Below the pieces are notes generated by a model, which was given only the letters and a program-made list of their open reading frames with translations, did no database searches and was not told the DNA's origin. The position numbers and the translations under genes were made by a program. This document shows positions 59,718 to 64,000 of a stretch of 64,000 bases of DNA, in pieces (within the stretch, counting starts at the first letter, position 1; each line of letters begins with the position of its first letter). This DNA comes from Chrysomallon squamiferum. Taxonomy: Eukaryota > Animalia > Mollusca. The stretch covers positions 32,674,001 to 32,738,000 of the forward strand of contig CM022665.1 of NCBI GenBank assembly GCA_012295275.1, given 5' to 3'.

Positions 59718-62700
59718 GCTGATGTTGTTGTTGTTGTTATTGTATTTTTTCTCTTGAATTCAATAAAGCTAAAAATCTATTCAACATTTTTATACCAGGA
59801 CATGGTACATAACATTTTTAAACTGAAAACTCCTACATAAATAAACAGAAATTTATAGCAAAGATCATTCATAAATAATTTAATAATACTGCACAAAGAC
59901 ACATTCATTTTATCACACATTAATTGTTTTATTATTTAATAAATTTTGAATTTTAAAACATAATTATAAATAATTAACTGATATTATAATAACATAACTA
60001 AACATGTTTCCACTCTGAATAGATAATTATTTTTACAGAATACAAAAAATAAGACAAAGGCCAACTAATAAAAAATTGCTATGTCAAAATATAAGTTTAT
60101 TTAAAATCAACTACTTACTTGAAATGCAAATGACAGTCTTTCAATATCTACCATTTCCACTTCAAATTATGAATTATTCATTTTACAGAAAAAATACTCG
60201 TATGTTTTTAACTCCATTATTTAGTAAAACAAATCTGCATGAAAATGTGTTTGAGAATTTAATGCAATTATTTTAACATAAAACTCCAGGACTGAACTAA
60301 TTTACGCTTAAAACAAATCATTTTGAAAATCAGAAAATAATGGGATATAAGGGACCAACACAAAAAAAAGCAATTAATATACAGTTAAATATTAATTATT
60401 TTTATAGATATATATATAAATTTGTATGTAGGTATGTATGTTTATTTATATGAGAATATCTTTGTGAACATGTGTGTATATGCATCCATTTAAAGAAAAA
60501 TATATATGTATATCAGAATAATTGTAAAAGCTAGTGGCTTAAAAACTGTAATTTAAACAAGTCAACCTTATTCAGTTTGGATATTTTGTCATCACCATCT
60601 GTGAAGAGTGAAGTGTTCAAGCCAGATTGATTTCAATTTCAGTGTCCTCTCTAGGCATTGTTTCTCCCAACACAACTGTTATTAATTATCTTGTAGTCAG
60701 CAGTGAATAATATCTCCAGATCATAAAAATATTTTTTGAAAAACTAAAATCTCAAAAGAATAACAGCATGCAATGGAAATTAAAGTTTTATTGACAGCAG
60801 GGATGTCAGATAATTGAGTTACCAGAAGAGAGAAAGTAACAGCAGTGGAAGTAAGTCAGCCATGATAGCAGCCATCATTGACTGCTCAGCACTTAAGCCA
60901 TCACTTTTGAAACTGATAATAGCAAATAGTTTATGTGATGCTTACTGGCTCTTGGATTCTTTGATTACAGGAAATTAAAGGTCAGAGGACAATGACAAGA
61001 ACAATATTTGCCATATATAAACATTTTTATTAAGTGGTACTTTTCTCTGCAAAATCTGTGGTATTAATGTCCGAATGAGATGACAAGATTTATTTAAAAA
61101 AAATATAGTTTTGAATTTTGTGAAATATGAGAAGTGTCTGATGACATTTCTATGTCTTATTCAATTAAATTAATCTTCATGCATATAACATTTAGATTTA
61201 CCTGAAAATGAACCTAAATAATACTTTTAAATTACTTATTCAACCCAATTAAAACAAATTAATTTGTTTCTTCTTCTTTCTTTTTTTTAATTTCATTTAA
61301 TTTTTATTTATATCATAGCTTAAGTTTAGACCAAACCAGAAGTAAAATTTTCAATCAGTAAGAATGTGGGTCAACTCAAAACTGAGCACATGTTCCTTTG
61401 AATGTAAAAAATATACAATGGAAAAAGCAAGAAAAAAACAACTGGTATTAATTCTAAGATGAACATGCTCTGTTTTAGCAATTACAATAAAATGCCATAT
61501 TACCATGCACAATTTATTTATCAAAATATATGTCACAAAGCAAAGACTGTTCAGGTGCATCAAAACAAATACCTATATAATCTTTTTTTTTTTTTTTAAA
61601 GCCTGTTAAAGAAAATATATTTTAAATTATCAGAATTCAGCAGATGTATCATATACTTTATTTCAATTGATGTTTTCAATAATAAAATGTTCAGCTATGT
61701 TTATAGTATAATGATAAATGTACATCATACTTTTACAGTCATAATTGTTGTAATATACTGCCAATCAAGTGTAAATTCAACATTTCTTCATAATGAACGA
61801 ATGAATATTGCAATACAAAAAAATAGACCTTATTTAATCTGTGGTGGTAATGAAAATCTGAGGTGTATTTCTTCTAATTAATGAACCAACTCAGTATTTT
61901 CTTCAAGTTATGGTAGAATACAAAATGTATTTTTCAGTTTATTCTGAAGTACTAATTAAAATAGTTTCATCTCGATTTCTAATTTGAAGAGGAGCATTTC
62001 TGTAACATATCATTAAAACATAATAAATCTTGTCTAGGTAATGTAATAGAAATATTCACTTATTTGCTGTTTAGTGCTGTTCAGACAATTACTTAATGAG
62101 AAGTTTCAAAAGAACAACAATCAAACAATGATTTTTAATTAGCTGTTATATCTTCAGGAAGTCCTATCAGTGACATAAGGAGAACACTCTTATCATGCTC
62201 AGGTAACAATCAAAGATCAACAGAGAACTTTATGTATGCTGTACCTTCCATATCCAATAAGCATCAATTTGTATGTTCAGATAAAATTAAAAAAAGTATT
62301 ACTTCTATATTTCTGCATTTAATAAAAATGCATTTTACTGAAAGCAGCTAAGAAGTACTGATGTTATAAATGAAAAGGGGAAGAAAGAAACTCAAAGTTT
62401 GTGTCAAACAAACAAAATATATTTGATATTTTGATTTTTACTTATATTATTTTTTATTATTTTATATTTCTATTTTGTGTGCACACACACACACATCCAC
62501 ACACATCATTAAGTAAATGCATTAAGTATGTATGAAAAAGTAAGAAAAGAATAAACAAATCTGTAAGTTAGAACTTCTCTAATACAAAGATGGTAAACAA
62601 AACAAACTAAAATGAGCTATAATAAACATACTACATATCTTTATAACTACCTCCAGACACATGTACTGTAATGAGTTTAGATATGATAAGCTTTTATTTA

Positions 62701-63641
62701 TAAAACTGACTTCTGTTTCTATAACTTATATTAGTGCTTATTCCATAAAATATAAATAAAAAGATGCTGATGTTTATCAATTAGTAACTAAGATTGCTGT
62801 TACTTTCTGCATGGATGAAAGTCAATTACATGCTTATGATGTTCTCATTAATTATACAATGTATGAAATCAAATAGATTTCCTCACATTATGCCTGATTA
62901 ACTATTTTTGTGTTACTTTCAGTTCTACTTTAAGAATACACTCATAATCACCCATAACCTCTGAAAAGCATATCAACTGGATACATATTTTTTCGAAAAT
63001 ATACAAATTTTACAATGTTTTACTAAGTTAAATTGACTATATAACAAAATATTATTTTATTAGGCTGAACATACATTTAAATTCACTTTTCATTAACATG
63101 AACTTTTAAAATATTTCTGATACATAAATTTATTAACTTTAACACATCAAGTAATAAGTACTGATTATTTCTTAATATTACTAAAAACCATTACTGCAAG
63201 GGAAAATAGTATCTGTCACTTTCTGTAGACATCTTAATCCTATCAGAAAGAAAATTAGCTTACGAAAGAATCTACTCATGCTAAAACTTTGTAAATGAAA
63301 GGACGAGGTGTTATTTCTAATCTGGTGTACATTATCCAGCCCATTATAAAATCTATTTTAAACATTTATGAAGTGAAGCTGAATTCATTAACAAACCTCT
63401 ATATATTTATAGCTTCTAATAGTTTTCCTACAGCATGAAGAATTTATTTCTTAATAAAAAGATGTATGTTAACTATACTTGAATAAATCACTTTTACAAA
63501 GAAACATCTTTGCTAACCTGAGTTGAGACTGTCAAGTTTCAGTGGAAGCCCAATCTGTATGGCTGCTATCAACTTTAGTGCAATGTAAAACTGGCTCCTT
63601 CCAAAATGTCCTAATCGCTTGGCTCCACACAATTCTGTGAT
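41165..63641 (-). CDS. REPS1: RalBP1-associated Eps-homology domain protein (REPS1/REPS2 family), 5'-partial, 19 exons
   Basis: Minus-strand exons: 63518-63641 ([28 protein letters not shown]1), 58780-58824, 58313-58373, 57710-57848, 55941-56214, 53585-53767 ([15 protein letters not shown]), 53159-53222 ([19 protein letters not shown]), 52664-52809 ([25 protein letters not shown]2), 52321-52397, 51704-51808, 51150-51243, 50147-50308, 48841-49029 (PPAPPPRP), 46334-46389 (PPAVPPR), 45850-45960, 43044-43074, 42618-42664, 41928-41992, 41165-41336 (coiled coil ..[13 protein letters not shown]). Total 2145 nt with an open frame. The small low-complexity exons are less certain than the domain exons. 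Confidence 0.9.
44093..44182. repeat. Degenerate (GGAT/GAAT)n tetranucleotide repeat
   Basis: ATGGATGGATGGATGG..GAATGAATG directly visible. Confidence 0.8.
46617..48721 (-). mobile_element. Internally deleted Kolobok-like DNA transposon flanked by TTAA, in the REPS1 intron
   Basis: TTAA|GGGGAGAAGCT.. at 46613-46627 and ..AGCGTC|TTAA at 48716-48725, giving RR..YY termini. Minus-strand fragments: [21 protein letters not shown] (ATG at 48230), [31 protein letters not shown] and [15 protein letters not shown]. These resemble the LLxxCLxGKTQN..A+xxFNEG C-terminus of Kolobok/'Mutator-like' transposases. Confidence 0.6.
46691..46750. repeat. (AT)30 microsatellite
   Basis: Directly visible. Confidence 0.95.
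51933..52026. repeat. (CT)n(CA)n compound microsatellite
   Basis: Directly visible. Confidence 0.95.
53880..55420 (-). mobile_element. Highly decayed transposase-like remnant, possibly EnSpm/CACTA
   Basis: A higher-complexity, higher-GC block inside an AT-rich intron. Minus-strand fragments [11 protein letters not shown] and [14 protein letters not shown] recall the KxHxxxH..IRxxG motif of EnSpm-type transposases. No termini found. Confidence 0.3.
56586..56663 (+). mobile_element. Second degenerate fragment of the same SINE-like family
   Basis: TCTCATTCCAGC..GGCCATGGTAAGATGCACATAAATGAAGACTTGCTGC shares TCTCATTCCA with 8341 and loosely follows the motif order of 5810-5880. Confidence 0.3.
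58139..58173. repeat. (CA)n microsatellite
   Basis: Directly visible. Confidence 0.95.
59441..59743. repeat. (TTA)n (59441-59512) and (TTG)n (59671-59743) microsatellites
   Basis: Directly visible. Confidence 0.9.
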
Positions 63642-64000
63642 CTGTGATAAAAATTTAAAAAAATACATAAAAAAATTATAAAATTTGTAATAAAATTATT
63701 AACATAAACATTAATGTATGAAATAAAGAATGGACATCAAAAATCGTATTTTATATAATGTTTAAAATATGTCAGAACTTTTTTTTATAAAACCTTTTTG
63801 GAAATTGTTTTTAAAATCACTGGAAAATCAGTTTGATTTTACGAGGACAGTCACATTTTTAACACTATGTATACATTTAATAAATTCGTCCCTGAAAGAA
63901 GACATGTAGTTAACATATATATATAAAATCTTAATTAAGTAGATAGCATGATTAAATGTAAACTGTTAGTTTTGCTTTATACAGAAATATCACTATCACA

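Overview
AT-rich, intron-rich animal genomic DNA, probably molluscan (inferred from repeat motifs and gene content, not proven). It is not prokaryotic, and I see no CRISPR array, rRNA or tRNA gene. Four spliced genes can be rebuilt by hand with consistent splice phases. (1) ANKRD6/diversin (+, 5' end missing; 9 exons, 5073-13351) has an unusually long terminal exon. (2) Mitochondrial acetyl-CoA acetyltransferase ACAT1 (-, 12 exons, 16885-27582). (3) An 8-exon macrodomain gene of the bacterial/fungal 'SPANSFGFMDGGID' type (+, 28509-32688) lies head-to-head with ACAT1 across a CpG-enriched promoter. (4) REPS1/2 EH-domain protein (-, 5' end missing; 19 exons, 41165-63641). The introns hold decayed DNA transposons (an intron-containing Sola-like element, a TTAA-flanked Kolobok-like element, a possible EnSpm/CACTA remnant), SINE-like fragments and microsatellites. 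Most notable: the microbial-type macrodomain gene; degenerate copies of an exon 3' end just downstream in three different genes; a YxN-rich, PDZ-ligand-ended ANKRD6 tail; a Gly-to-Arg codon in a conserved thiolase motif; and back-to-back poly(A) signals between both convergent gene pairs. No new multi-gene system can be shown from the sequence alone.
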